From a virus (taxonomy: Duplodnaviria; Caudoviricetes): a DNA stretch of 40,861 nucleotides. Within the stretch, counting starts at the first letter, position 1. Every line of letters begins with the position of its first letter. The position numbers were made by a program, and so were the translations under genes. The stretch is taken from IMG/VR virus record IMGVR_UViG_3300005573_000159, positions 1 through 40,861 of that record; one strand, 5' to 3'. This document shows, in pieces, positions 16,090 to 25,500 of this stretch. The notes below the pieces were generated by a model that was not told the origin of the DNA, made no database searches, and worked only from the letters and a program-made list of their open reading frames with translations.

Positions 16090-16755
16090 GTGATGCTTAT
16101 GCGTCTCTGTGAGTTGCAGCATCCCTTCTTCGAAAAAGAAAAGAGGCGGAAAACTGGTATTGACGTCGAGTATCCTATCCTGTATCCATACGGAATTCCG
16201 AAAGAATACCGCAGGTTCTGTTGCTTCATCGGAGCTAAGACAGAACAAGGAACCTGGATGGGAGCTGGAACCCTCATAGAGACCCGAGGAATTGTTGGTA
16301 TTCTCACTGCCTACCATCTAATTGAGCACTGCCAGGAAGGCATCAACATCGCTTTCTTCCTCCAGAACGGTGATTGGACGGAATTCACAGTCCCACGTGG
16401 CTATGTAATAGTTGAAGAACCAAACCTGGACATCGCTTTTATAAAAGCCCCATACCTGCCATTGGAATTCCATCCTGTTCAAATCGGATGGGAGCGCCAA
16501 GTTGTCCTTTCCCTGCCATTGACCGCATTCGGATGTCCTAATGGAGTATTTGGTCACGTTTGGAAGCCTCAGCTGATAACAATCGCCGGAGGCATCATCT
16601 ACACCAAAGGAATGGCAATTCCAGGAGTTTCCGGAGGCGGCATCTTCTCCAAAATCAAGAACAAGTTCTACCTCTGGGGAGTGCACATCGCAATCCATCT
16701 TTCTTCCTACACCCTGCTGTCAAGAACCGCAAAATTCGAGTTCCGGGACGAATAA
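16090..16755 (+). CDS. Trypsin-like serine protease
   Basis: GAGTLI, LTAYH (His), LDIAFI (Asp), PGVSGGGIF (Ser); AGGAGGTGA SD. Confidence 0.82.
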   Translation: MMLMRLCELQHPFFEKEKRRKTGIDVEYPILYPYGIPKEYRRFCCFIGAKTEQGTWMGAGTLIETRGIVGILTAYHLIEHCQEGINIAFFLQNGDWTEFTVPRGYVIVEEPNLDIAFIKAPYLPLEFHPVQIGWERQVVLSLPLTAFGCPNGVFGHVWKPQLITIAGGIIYTKGMAIPGVSGGGIFSKIKNKFYLWGVHIAIHLSSYTLLSRTAKFEFRDE

Positions 16756-16788
16756 GCCTGCCCAGCGCTGACCCCTCCTTGCCTTTCG

Positions 16789-16815
16789 GGGGGTCTCCAT
16801 TGGAGACCCCCTTTT
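16789..16815 (+). terminator. Rho-independent terminator
   Basis: GGGGGTCTCC-ATT-GGAGACCCCC-TTTT. Confidence 0.8.
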
Positions 16816-16911
16816 AATTCGTCACCATTTCAATGTTCTTTGATGAAAGGTATTATGATACCTATCTGGCAAAAATATTTTATCTGATGACGTTCTACGA
16901 GGGGGTACCTT

Positions 16912-16955
16912 AAAAAATGACGATTTTTCGTATAAAAAAAATTACGATTTTTCGT
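16912..16955. repeat. Tandem 20-bp repeat with ACGA-N4-TCGT dyad
   Basis: AAAAAATGACGATTTTTCGT (16912) and AAAAAATTACGATTTTTCGT (16936). Confidence 0.7.
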
Positions 16956-17011
16956 TGTTTTTAAAAAGCAGATTCCCAAAACGGTTTTTAGGCTTCTTTG
17001 GATGCTTGTGT

Positions 17012-17045
17012 AAAATTAAGAGAGAGCCTCAGCGGCTCCCCCCTA
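17012..17045 (-). terminator. Terminator ending the late/lysis transcript
   Basis: mRNA GGGGGAGCC-GCUGA-GGCUCUCUC-UUAAUUUU with G-U pairs. Confidence 0.65.
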
Positions 17046-17047
17046 GC

Positions 17048-17089
17048 TTACTTTCTTGATTTTTGGGTTCCTTTCTTGCTTCTTGGCAT
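17048..17089 (-). CDS. Candidate 13-aa basic micropeptide
   Basis: MPRSKKGTQKSRK; AGGTCG 20 nt upstream; stop abuts the terminator. Confidence 0.35.
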   Translation of the reverse strand: MPRSKKGTQKSRK

Positions 17090-17132
17090 GTTCTCAAACC
17101 TTTTAATCACGACCTCATTTGTTTCTTACCAT

Positions 17133-17429
17133 TTATTTGCCCAGGATTTTCTTTATGACTATCCACCAACCTTGTGGTGCAACCAAGAATGCAATGATTT
17201 CGGCTATGTTTTCGTGGGGAACATAGCCCCATCCCATCAAAAGTGCGACAAAAACTGAAGCTACTATGGGAACAACAATATCTCTCAATCTTTCGCCCCA
17301 TCTCTGCTCATTTAACCTTTTGATCAATTCCGTAAGCAAGATCACGACAGCGATTGATACAACAGAGACCAAAGGATGAGTTGAAGTTGTTACGGCAACA
17401 GTTGTAGTTGCCATTGTTGCTGTATCCAT
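17133..17429 (-). CDS. Probable holin
   Basis: 98 aa, 2-3 hydrophobic helices, basic C-terminus, next to the endolysin. Confidence 0.65.
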   Translation of the reverse strand: MDTATMATTTVAVTTSTHPLVSVVSIAVVILLTELIKRLNEQRWGERLRDIVVPIVASVFVALLMGWGYVPHENIAEIIAFLVAPQGWWIVIKKILGK

Positions 17430-17453
17430 TTTTGGGAAAGAATTAATTACGAC

Positions 17454-17579
17454 CTATTCCTCGACTTCCCCTTCCAATTCTTTCCATTCTTCCTCCATTC
17501 CCTCTTCCCATTCCTCTTCTTTAGGAAGCTCCAAGTCTTCCTCTGTTTCCGGTTCTAAAATTTCTGTTTCTGTGTCCAT
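17454..17579 (-). CDS. Highly acidic small protein (41 aa), not in ORF track
   Basis: MDTETEILEPETEEDLELPKEEEWEEGMEEEWKELEGEVEE; GGTCG 20 nt upstream; fills the gap. Confidence 0.6.
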   Translation of the reverse strand: MDTETEILEPETEEDLELPKEEEWEEGMEEEWKELEGEVEE

Positions 17580-17592
17580 TTTTTATCACTTT

Positions 17593-18639
17593 TTAATTGC
17601 GACCAAAGATTTCATTGAATTTTTCGATTGTATTCAAGTCCGCTATTCCAGTAACCTGCAAGCCGTAGTTCTTTTGGAATTCCCTAACGGCCTGCCTTGT
17701 CAAGCCTCCATAGTATCCTGTGCATTCCTGTTCCGCAGGGAAATAGCCGAGCCATTGAAGGCCAACCTGCAATTTGACAACATCATTTCCTCTGTCTCCC
17801 ATTTTCAAGTTTCTCGCATTGATTACCATTTTGGGCTTATTGAATGTTTGAGGCTGGTATTTGAAATCAATTAGATATGCTCCTAAAATTACTCCATTTT
17901 TGAATTGGTCTTCTGTAATAACTCCTAATCCGTTATATCCCCATTTTTCAGTCCAAGCGTGTTGGAAAACTAATGCTTTTTTGCCATTATAAAGAGTAGC
18001 ATCAACTATATTAATTGCATGTCCATATTGTCCTTCTTTATCTAAAACTACAGCAGGATTAGAAAATCCCCCTGAGTTAAATCTTACACCTGCTAATAAA
18101 ACTTTGTTTGTAGATTGTAGAATTCCTGCCCATATATCTATATCCAGCGGTAAGAAAACATAAGAATTTGCCTTATAGATTTGAGCAACCCATCTTTCAT
18201 TTTGAGTATCATCTTTTACTCTCATTTGTTCTTCATTTAATCCATCAGATGGCATTTGCTGTTCTAAACAACTTCCTTCTTTTCTTGCAATTTCTAAAGC
18301 ATTCAAATAATACATTCCTCCTCCCGTTTCTGCAACATATCCTCTTGAATAAATAAATCTTGCTGATAAAACTTCAAATTTATTCTCTTCTAAAAAGTTT
18401 TCAACTCCTAAAGCAAGAGCAATTGCGAAAGATACACAACTTCCTGACCCATTTTGATTTCTAATAGGTAAAAATCTTCTCCATTGCGAAGGCTTTTTCT
18501 CAACCCAATTGGGAGAAGGATAGGCCTTAAAAATTTCCTCCGTATGGTAGTTCCTTTCGTCGAGGTATTCTCTTTCGTCCCCCAACCAGCCGTACCCGAA
18601 TTGTTCCTTCTTGAAAAGTTTTTTAATAAATCTCCACAT
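17593..18639 (-). CDS. Endolysin-like papain-family (C1) peptidase with C-terminal peptidoglycan-binding domain
   Basis: RNQNGSGSCVSFA, GHAI, QHAW..WGYNG; LKMGDRGNDVVKLQ..GYYGGLTRQAVREFQ..GL.VTGIAD. Confidence 0.82.
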   Translation of the reverse strand: MWRFIKKLFKKEQFGYGWLGDEREYLDERNYHTEEIFKAYPSPNWVEKKPSQWRRFLPIRNQNGSGSCVSFAIALALGVENFLEENKFEVLSARFIYSRGYVAETGGGMYYLNALEIARKEGSCLEQQMPSDGLNEEQMRVKDDTQNERWVAQIYKANSYVFLPLDIDIWAGILQSTNKVLLAGVRFNSGGFSNPAVVLDKEGQYGHAINIVDATLYNGKKALVFQHAWTEKWGYNGLGVITEDQFKNGVILGAYLIDFKYQPQTFNKPKMVINARNLKMGDRGNDVVKLQVGLQWLGYFPAEQECTGYYGGLTRQAVREFQKNYGLQVTGIADLNTIEKFNEIFGRN

Positions 18640-18654
18640 TTTTATGGTGTCAAA

Positions 18655-19599
18655 TTAGACGAAAATTAACGTTCTCCAAAATTCTGTTCCTGAATGCCTT
18701 CTGAAGTAAATATATTCGGCTCCATCTGGAGTTCTAACATAACATAACCCATCTCCGACAACTGCCGTTCCACCAGCATATGGCCAAACTCCACCAGGAT
18801 ACATAGTTAAGGTTGCTAAATCCAGATAATACATCCTATGTGTGTTATCTTTTTGTATCCAAATCCTTCTGCGAACTGGGTCATAAGCAGTAGTTGTTCC
18901 CGTTGTAAATGTTTCTGTTGCTGGAACATAAGTTACCGTTGTCCAAGAGTTTCCGGAGATTGAATAGCTGTAAAGGGTTGAAGTTCCTGCTCCTCTCAAA
19001 ACATACAATTTGTCAACGTCTCCTCCTGTTCCCCAGTCCCAATGGATTGCACAACCTGCTCCTGCTCCTGCTGGAAGTCCTGCCAAAGTGGTCCAAGAAT
19101 TTGCAGAAATGGAATATCTAAAAAAAACCGTTGAGCCGTTCCCAATTAGATAGATATAGTCATCATTTCCCGAAGTATGATAAGCAGTGCAGGTATGAAC
19201 CAAACTTGCATCAGTTCCCCATTGTGCTGATAACGAGGGAACCGCTCTTGAAGTCCAAGTATTGTTTGCAATATCATAATAAGCGAAGACAGCATAAGGA
19301 GATGATGATAATGGTCCAAACAACCAAATATAACCCCGCGTGCCTCTCGATGGGTCAAAAACCATTGCAGTTCCGGCACCAAAGGTAAATGATGGAGGGT
19401 TTGCCAATTGTTGCCAGCTATCGGTCCAGATATCGTATCTCCAGAAGGAAGTTGCCGAAAAAATGAAATAAATGAACCTATTATCCCCATTCTCACTATT
19501 GCACATACAGGAACCTGTGGATGCGGAAACAGGCAAGAACCTCAACCATTGGTATACTGGCAAATCTATTCCTGGTTTTAAATTATGTGAGAATGCCAT
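18655..19599 (-). CDS. Kelch-like beta-propeller protein (candidate receptor-binding protein)
   Basis: Repeated YIY..FWRYD..SW blades. Confidence 0.65.
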   Translation of the reverse strand: MAFSHNLKPGIDLPVYQWLRFLPVSASTGSCMCNSENGDNRFIYFIFSATSFWRYDIWTDSWQQLANPPSFTFGAGTAMVFDPSRGTRGYIWLFGPLSSSPYAVFAYYDIANNTWTSRAVPSLSAQWGTDASLVHTCTAYHTSGNDDYIYLIGNGSTVFFRYSISANSWTTLAGLPAGAGAGCAIHWDWGTGGDVDKLYVLRGAGTSTLYSYSISGNSWTTVTYVPATETFTTGTTTAYDPVRRRIWIQKDNTHRMYYLDLATLTMYPGGVWPYAGGTAVVGDGLCYVRTPDGAEYIYFRRHSGTEFWRTLIFV

Positions 19600-19601
19600 A
19601 T

Positions 19602-19796
19602 TTAAATTTGTTGGTTATTTTCTAATGCAATTAATCTTTGGATTTCCTCGTCCGCCAATCGGTTTGCTTCTTCTTTTGTCATTGGTTGCCAACCCCCAAC
19701 TCCAGGCTTGAAATCTTGAATAATAACAACTACACCATCTTTGAGAATTTTGTAACCATATCCTTTGTTGGTTTTAAAAATCTCTTTGCTATACAT
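19602..19796 (-). CDS. DUF4907-like small protein (likely start MYSKEIF at 19796)
   Basis: GYGYKILKDGVVVIIQDFKPGVGG..TKEEA; AGGTCG 22 nt upstream. Confidence 0.6.
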   Translation of the reverse strand: MYSKEIFKTNKGYGYKILKDGVVVIIQDFKPGVGGWQPMTKEEANRLADEEIQRLIALENNQQI

Positions 19797-19800
19797 TTCA

Positions 19801-20454
19801 TTACACAAAGGTGAATTTCGACCTTTGACACTCGTTGTATTCTATGAATGAAAGTTGAAATTGGATGTTGTCATTAGAATAAGTAGGCATCATCCAAGTT
19901 CCAGACTGCCCCATTGTCCAGGTTCCGGATTGGGTTACTGCCGTTGTGGGAGCGCTTTCTACAACTGTTCTTAATCTATTAGCAGAATCAATTGCCAACC
20001 TCCCCAATGGACCTTGAATTAACATCTTAAAAAGCTGAAGCAAATCATTAAGGGTATCTTCTGAAGCTCTTGATGACAATGGTAGATCGAAAAATTGTTC
20101 TATCACTGCCCTTATCGCTCCTAAATTGCCATCCTCTAAGGCTGGATTACCTGGTATTCTAGCGGTGAACTCTTTAATTGCTAAAAGGGTGTCTTCTGTG
20201 GCTGGCAAATTAGGGTCCTCATAAAAAATCATCAACTCGTCTGTGGGGCTCATATTCGTTGTATCATAATTTAAGGTCAAAACGTTATCACTGACACTTC
20301 CTCCCCTTGATGGGTCAGTGAAATTATAGATTATCTCGTTCCTTGTTACATTGACAACCAACAGAACCCTCTTCAATTCAATAGAATCATAATCATTAAA
20401 GGTTATCGTCTTTTTCTCTGGATCGAATGTGTAATTGTAAATAAGCTTTTTCAT
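19801..20454 (-). CDS. Virion tail-associated hypothetical protein
   Basis: YTFDP..TITF..LLVVNVTRNEIIYNF..LTLNYDT; QSGTWT repeats. Confidence 0.6.
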   Translation of the reverse strand: MKKLIYNYTFDPEKKTITFNDYDSIELKRVLLVVNVTRNEIIYNFTDPSRGGSVSDNVLTLNYDTTNMSPTDELMIFYEDPNLPATEDTLLAIKEFTARIPGNPALEDGNLGAIRAVIEQFFDLPLSSRASEDTLNDLLQLFKMLIQGPLGRLAIDSANRLRTVVESAPTTAVTQSGTWTMGQSGTWMMPTYSNDNIQFQLSFIEYNECQRSKFTFV

Positions 20455-20455
20455 T

Positions 20456-21088
20456 TTAACCCAAGGCTATTGAATAAATTATAGCATCTGTTGTTTGGCC
20501 CTTAGAATTTATTTTAACATTTGCACGGCCCTCTTGTTTGTTCTCGGAGAAATCAAAAGTTATATTGTCTCCCTGCAAAAAATTCAATTTTGAATAGACT
20601 CCCTTTTTCGTATTGTCCAACAAAACCTCAATGCCGGAGGCGGATGGTCCGATGATGCCCGGCGATTTTAATATTCCTTCTCTGAAAAACTCTATTTCTT
20701 TTTCGTATTTGTTTATTTTTTCTTTTATCTTCTCCAGTTCTTCCAGAATCTCTTTCAAGGAGCTCTCGAAAAAGTCTTTTATATCAAGGGCTTCTCTTTC
20801 GCTTCGATGCACCCTATTGTCAAACTCTGACAATGTTTTTTGGATACTTGCAATTTGTGTGAGCAAATTTTCCTTGTTCTCCTTGTCCGCAATCCTTAAA
20901 TTTTCAACGTCCTGATAAAGGTTTTTCAGTCCTGAAACAACTTCCTGGAATTGGGGAAGTTCCTCGATCTTCTCAAGCCTGGAGATTTTTTCCTCGATGG
21001 ATCTTAGTTTGTCCGCCAGCTTTGATAGGATTTTTTCAGTGGCCTTTGTCAAAGCTTGAAAATATATTCTTTCGTTGCTATTTGTCAT
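20456..21088 (-). CDS. Coiled-coil virion protein
   Basis: Long heptads, then IEV..G..LNF motif shared with 31954..33303; ends AIIYSIALG. Confidence 0.6.
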   Translation of the reverse strand: MTNSNERIYFQALTKATEKILSKLADKLRSIEEKISRLEKIEELPQFQEVVSGLKNLYQDVENLRIADKENKENLLTQIASIQKTLSEFDNRVHRSEREALDIKDFFESSLKEILEELEKIKEKINKYEKEIEFFREGILKSPGIIGPSASGIEVLLDNTKKGVYSKLNFLQGDNITFDFSENKQEGRANVKINSKGQTTDAIIYSIALG

Positions 21089-22530
21089 AGTTCCTCGATT
21101 TTCTTAATGAGTTGTTGAAGCTGATCTATTTCTGATGATTGTTCTGACCATTCTTTGGGCATTTCCCTTCCAAGGAAATTATACACAAACCTTATTCTTT
21201 CCTCGAAGTTCTGTGGATAATCGTTCCTTATCAAGTCAAACGCCCTTCTATAAAGCATCCCGGGGAAAACGAACGTTTTGCCGTCGGAAAGCATGCTGTC
21301 TATCACGTAGAAGTTCTCCTTCCAGTTGTCTCCTGCATAGGTTATAACCGCCAAATTGTGGTCAAAGCCAGCAGTGTAAAGTTTTCCGTTCTTCTTATAA
21401 ACATCCCATAACCACACATTCGGATTGTTTTCGTCTGCTATGATACGCGCATCTCTCATAATCAGATGTTTAAAATTCCTGTCTTTTATTTCGTTGAAAA
21501 CCCTAATGGAGTTTCCGAAGGGCTTCACGTCCCTGTCAAAAAGATACTGCTTGTTCATGATCCTTTCGTAGTATTCAGATACACTGTTAAATGTTGAAAG
21601 TTTATCAAATAAGGCCGAAAAACCTTCCCTGCCACTGCAGAATTCCGTGAAGTAGAAGGCGTCTCTGCTTGGAGAATACATGACTCCCGCATCCCATACC
21701 ACCATCTCGTTTTTCCTCACCCACCTGTCTATAGATGGTTTGAAAAACAAATCATAAAGTTTTTGAAAAGCTGGCTCGTCTTTGTCGATCCAAAAGATGA
21801 AGCTCGCAGCATCTCCTGTCTGAAAGCCAATATTTCCAGCTCCTATCGGCTTGTTCTCGATGTCGATGTTTATGCCCACGATCTCGCCGTCGAAGGTTAT
21901 GATTTCCGGTATGAATTCGATCATATCCTCGATCTTCTCCTCCAAAATGAAGCCTTCGCTTTCGTAAAGCTTCTGGTTGCCTATCATTACGTCTTCCAGT
22001 TCGTCATAGGCAATCTGTTTGTCATTCGACATCGGAAAGTATGTTGGCGCTTCGGGATTGAAGCCTTTGATCCCGTAGATCTTCTCGCTTTTCTTGAGGA
22101 AATTCAATGCCTCCTTGATGCTGTCGAATTCCTGTATATCCTGCTGTGAGAAGATGTTGTATTTTCTGAAAACGTATTCTTTTGCCTTGTTCCTGTCCTC
22201 CTCGAATTCGAAATCCTCCTTTGTGGGCAATAATCCTTTGAAACCCATTTTCTTTAGCTTCTCTGCGTAAGGATAAACATAATTGAAATCGCAAATCACG
22301 AACCACTCCTTGGGGTTCTCCTTCCTCATCTTTTCGATGAGCTCATCGGCGTCAATTTTTTCGATCACTCCCTCATAAAGGGACAGTCTCCTTCTCGTTA
22401 ATTCTTCCTCCTCTTTAGGCATATGCTCCAGCTTTTTGACTTGTCCCATTATAACATCGTTACCCTCCAAAAGGAGTTTGTAGAATACTGGAAGGCCATG
22501 GCCGTCGTATGTTAAGCAGACGTATTTCAT
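21085..22530 (-). CDS. ATP-grasp ligase, phosphoribosylamine-glycine ligase (PurD)-like
   Basis: FEEDRNKAKEY, FILEEKIE, ENKPIGAGNIGFQTGD (compare PurD HKR..GD.GPNTGG), FTEFCSGREG. Confidence 0.7.
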   Translation of the reverse strand: MKYVCLTYDGHGLPVFYKLLLEGNDVIMGQVKKLEHMPKEEEELTRRRLSLYEGVIEKIDADELIEKMRKENPKEWFVICDFNYVYPYAEKLKKMGFKGLLPTKEDFEFEEDRNKAKEYVFRKYNIFSQQDIQEFDSIKEALNFLKKSEKIYGIKGFNPEAPTYFPMSNDKQIAYDELEDVMIGNQKLYESEGFILEEKIEDMIEFIPEIITFDGEIVGINIDIENKPIGAGNIGFQTGDAASFIFWIDKDEPAFQKLYDLFFKPSIDRWVRKNEMVVWDAGVMYSPSRDAFYFTEFCSGREGFSALFDKLSTFNSVSEYYERIMNKQYLFDRDVKPFGNSIRVFNEIKDRNFKHLIMRDARIIADENNPNVWLWDVYKKNGKLYTAGFDHNLAVITYAGDNWKENFYVIDSMLSDGKTFVFPGMLYRRAFDLIRNDYPQNFEERIRFVYNFLGREMPKEWSEQSSEIDQLQQLIKKIEEL

Positions 22531-25500
22531 TGTTTGATCCCAGGAGTTGTTAATTTCGCTCCTTCTTTTTTCATCATTTCGTGGAATTTAATGAATTCTT
22601 TCTCTACAGCGTCTGTTAAAATCTTTCTCTCTCTTAAAATTTGAACCAATAAATCGATTTTATCGTCCGATAATTTAGGAACAATATCCTTAAAGTATTT
22701 GTAGAGGAATTTTGCCCTTTCGTCTACGCGCAAATCCTCTATGCCATAAGGGATTGATATTGGCAATTCTTCCGCTTCCTTCCTTTCCTTTCTTATTTCG
22801 AGGATCTTCTCCTTATAATCGTCTGGCAATTCCTGCCATATCTGCTTGAACTCCTCGTCCCTGTTGTTCTTTGCCAAAAGCTCCAGAAAGATTTCGGCAA
22901 ACCTCAAAGCGGCGTTTTTGGCATTTAAGTCCTCAAAATGATAATCCCTCAAAGCCCTCATGATTTTCATTCCTTCCTCGATATCTCTTTCTGTCAAAAC
23001 TGTTTCTGCTTCCTCCGGTTCTTTCCCTGTCAAGAACTTCTTAATTTTTCCTCCAATGCCTAACCTTGTCCAATCAACCCATTTCTCGATGTCCTCAAGC
23101 TTCATTTTCCCTTCGGCGTACAATCTCCAGGCTTTCCTTCTTCTTCTGTCTATTTCAAGCTCTTTTAGGGCCAAAGAGAGTGGCATGCTTGTTTGGCTGA
23201 TCGGATAAGGAGCGAAAACCTGCCAGCGGTTGTAATCCGCCTCTCCTCCAGCGTTCTCGTATGCCTCAAGTGTCTGTCTTAAGAAAGAAAGATTTTCCTT
23301 TATGGGTCCCCAAAAATCCTGTCCTGTTTTCCTATAAACCGGATCGACAAACTTGGATATTGTTCGCAAAAATGATGTCAAAGGAATGTATTGTCCCAAT
23401 GTTCCTCCCAATATTCCTGATACGCTGTAATCCTCCTCTCCGGATAAAACCTTTCCCCAAGCCATCAGGCCCGTCAAGGATGTCTGTGACAACAGGAATC
23501 TCGCTGTCGCAAATGATATCGCGGCCAACGTCTCGTCCAATCCAGCGCTCCATTTTGGCTGCCTTTCCGTTAAAGCCCATTGGATTGCGGCAGGAATTGC
23601 CATTGCTAATCCGTATGGCCCAAAATACAAAAGGGGGATGTCGTATCCCATTATGTTGATTGACATTGGTCTTCTGTGCTCATAAAAAAGCGCCCTTTCT
23701 TTGGGATCTGATGGAGGTAGCCAGGTGGTCCTTCCGTTGAATGCCCATATCGCCGCGGTCCCCATCGCCATTGTCCCCAGGATCGCCTGTGTCAATTTTT
23801 CAGATGTGTAATTGTCCCTTGCAAATCCCAGTGGAGAATGTTCCAACATCGCTATTCCGACATCTATCGGAGTTCTTATAAATGGTACAACCATTGCCAA
23901 ACCATATCCCAACATTCTTTCTCCCCTTGTTTTACCATTTAATAATCTGTCCCTCGTGTTCATCAATTTTTCTCCCAGAGCATCAAGGGCCTGCGAAGCA
24001 TAGCTTAACTCTTCTCTTTTAAATCCCAATGGTCTCCTGACCAAATAATCTTCGGCAATTTCCTGCGCTCTTTCCATGATTTCCTTTTCCACCTGTGGAG
24101 TTATTTTTATCCCCTTTCTTTCATACATGCTTCTCAACCTCGCCTCTTCGCCGGCAGCAATCAATGTTGAAAAGAACTTATCCGATGCCTCCATAGCATT
24201 AAGGATACCTTGGTGAATCTTTAAGAAAGCGGGAACACTGTTTTTATATCGTGCATAATTTATCATCGTCTCGAACATTTCCGGGTCTTTTTTGGCCAAA
24301 TCCATAAATTTTTCCGAGGATCCTGCTCCCTCCTTCAGTATTTTCCAAAAAGTCTGAAAAGCAAGGGTTGCACTTCCCAATGTTTTTTTCCATCCCGCCT
24401 TGATATCTGAGAAAGTAATTTCCCTTTCCGCGGCATTCCAGGGATGCCTCATCCACTCTATGATTGCCTGCGTTGGCAAAACAAAAACGTTCCTGTTTAT
24501 CAACTGAGAAGCGTTGAAAATGGCGTTCCTGAAATGGGTCGCTGGCCCGGAAAGCATATTACCGTACCTGAAAATGTCAAGTTTCTCCCTGAAGGTTAAT
24601 GGCAATTGTGGAGCAATTTCTTTCTCAATCAATCTCATCAATGCCTCCTCCTGCTTCTTTGGATTATCAATATTGGCAAAGATGTTCCTTGCCTTTTCCT
24701 TTATGTCCTTCAGGAATTCCTCCGATAGTGCTATGTTCCTTTTCTCGGCCATTTCTCTGACAACATCGACAAACTTGTTGGCCCCCCAGGTGGCACGGAA
24801 GGCAGGAGATGTCCCGAAAATTTTGGCAACTTGCCTTGCGGTCTGAAGCGTATAACCGGCTATTCCATAATGGTGGATAACGTCCTCCATCAACTGCATA
24901 GCCCTTACTTTGTTCCCCGCCTCCCAGTATGATTCCGAAAGCAGAATCATTTTCACCAACTCGATCGCCTGCCTCGCGGGGTCTCTTGGCAGGTATTTTT
25001 GCCACCTCAATCCCACTTTTCTGTACGCCTCCTCTAACGTTTCATACTGAGAAAACTCTGCTATTGCTCTTTCAATGACTTCCCTGTTTTTCAACGGGGT
25101 GTAATAAACCGACAACTCGTCCAAATGATTTTGGAATCTTTCCCTGAAGGCAGGATTGTTTTCCCACAAATTTTTGAAGAAGCCTCTTAATCTCAATTTC
25201 CTGCCGTTCTCGTTGATTTCTGGCCTAAAAGGCAAGTCATCCAATGGAGGATTTTTGGGTGGCCTTGGAGGAATGGGAGGCTCTTTCGCTCCTTCTGCTG
25301 CTGTTTCGGCAACTGTTTGTGGTTTTTCCATTGGCTCTTCGACAAATATTCCAGCCTTTAATTCCTTCATTTCTTTCCTGATTTGCTTCAAATCCACTCC
25401 CAATTCTTTTCCTATGGCGTCAAACTTTGATTGCAACGTTTTTCGTATCATTCCAGGCTTATTTACGTTTACCAAGCTTTCAGCGATATCATCAACATAT

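Noticed and set aside
16816-17011. attP/prophage boundary
   Set aside because: No integrase, tRNA fragment or host genes in the window to support it.
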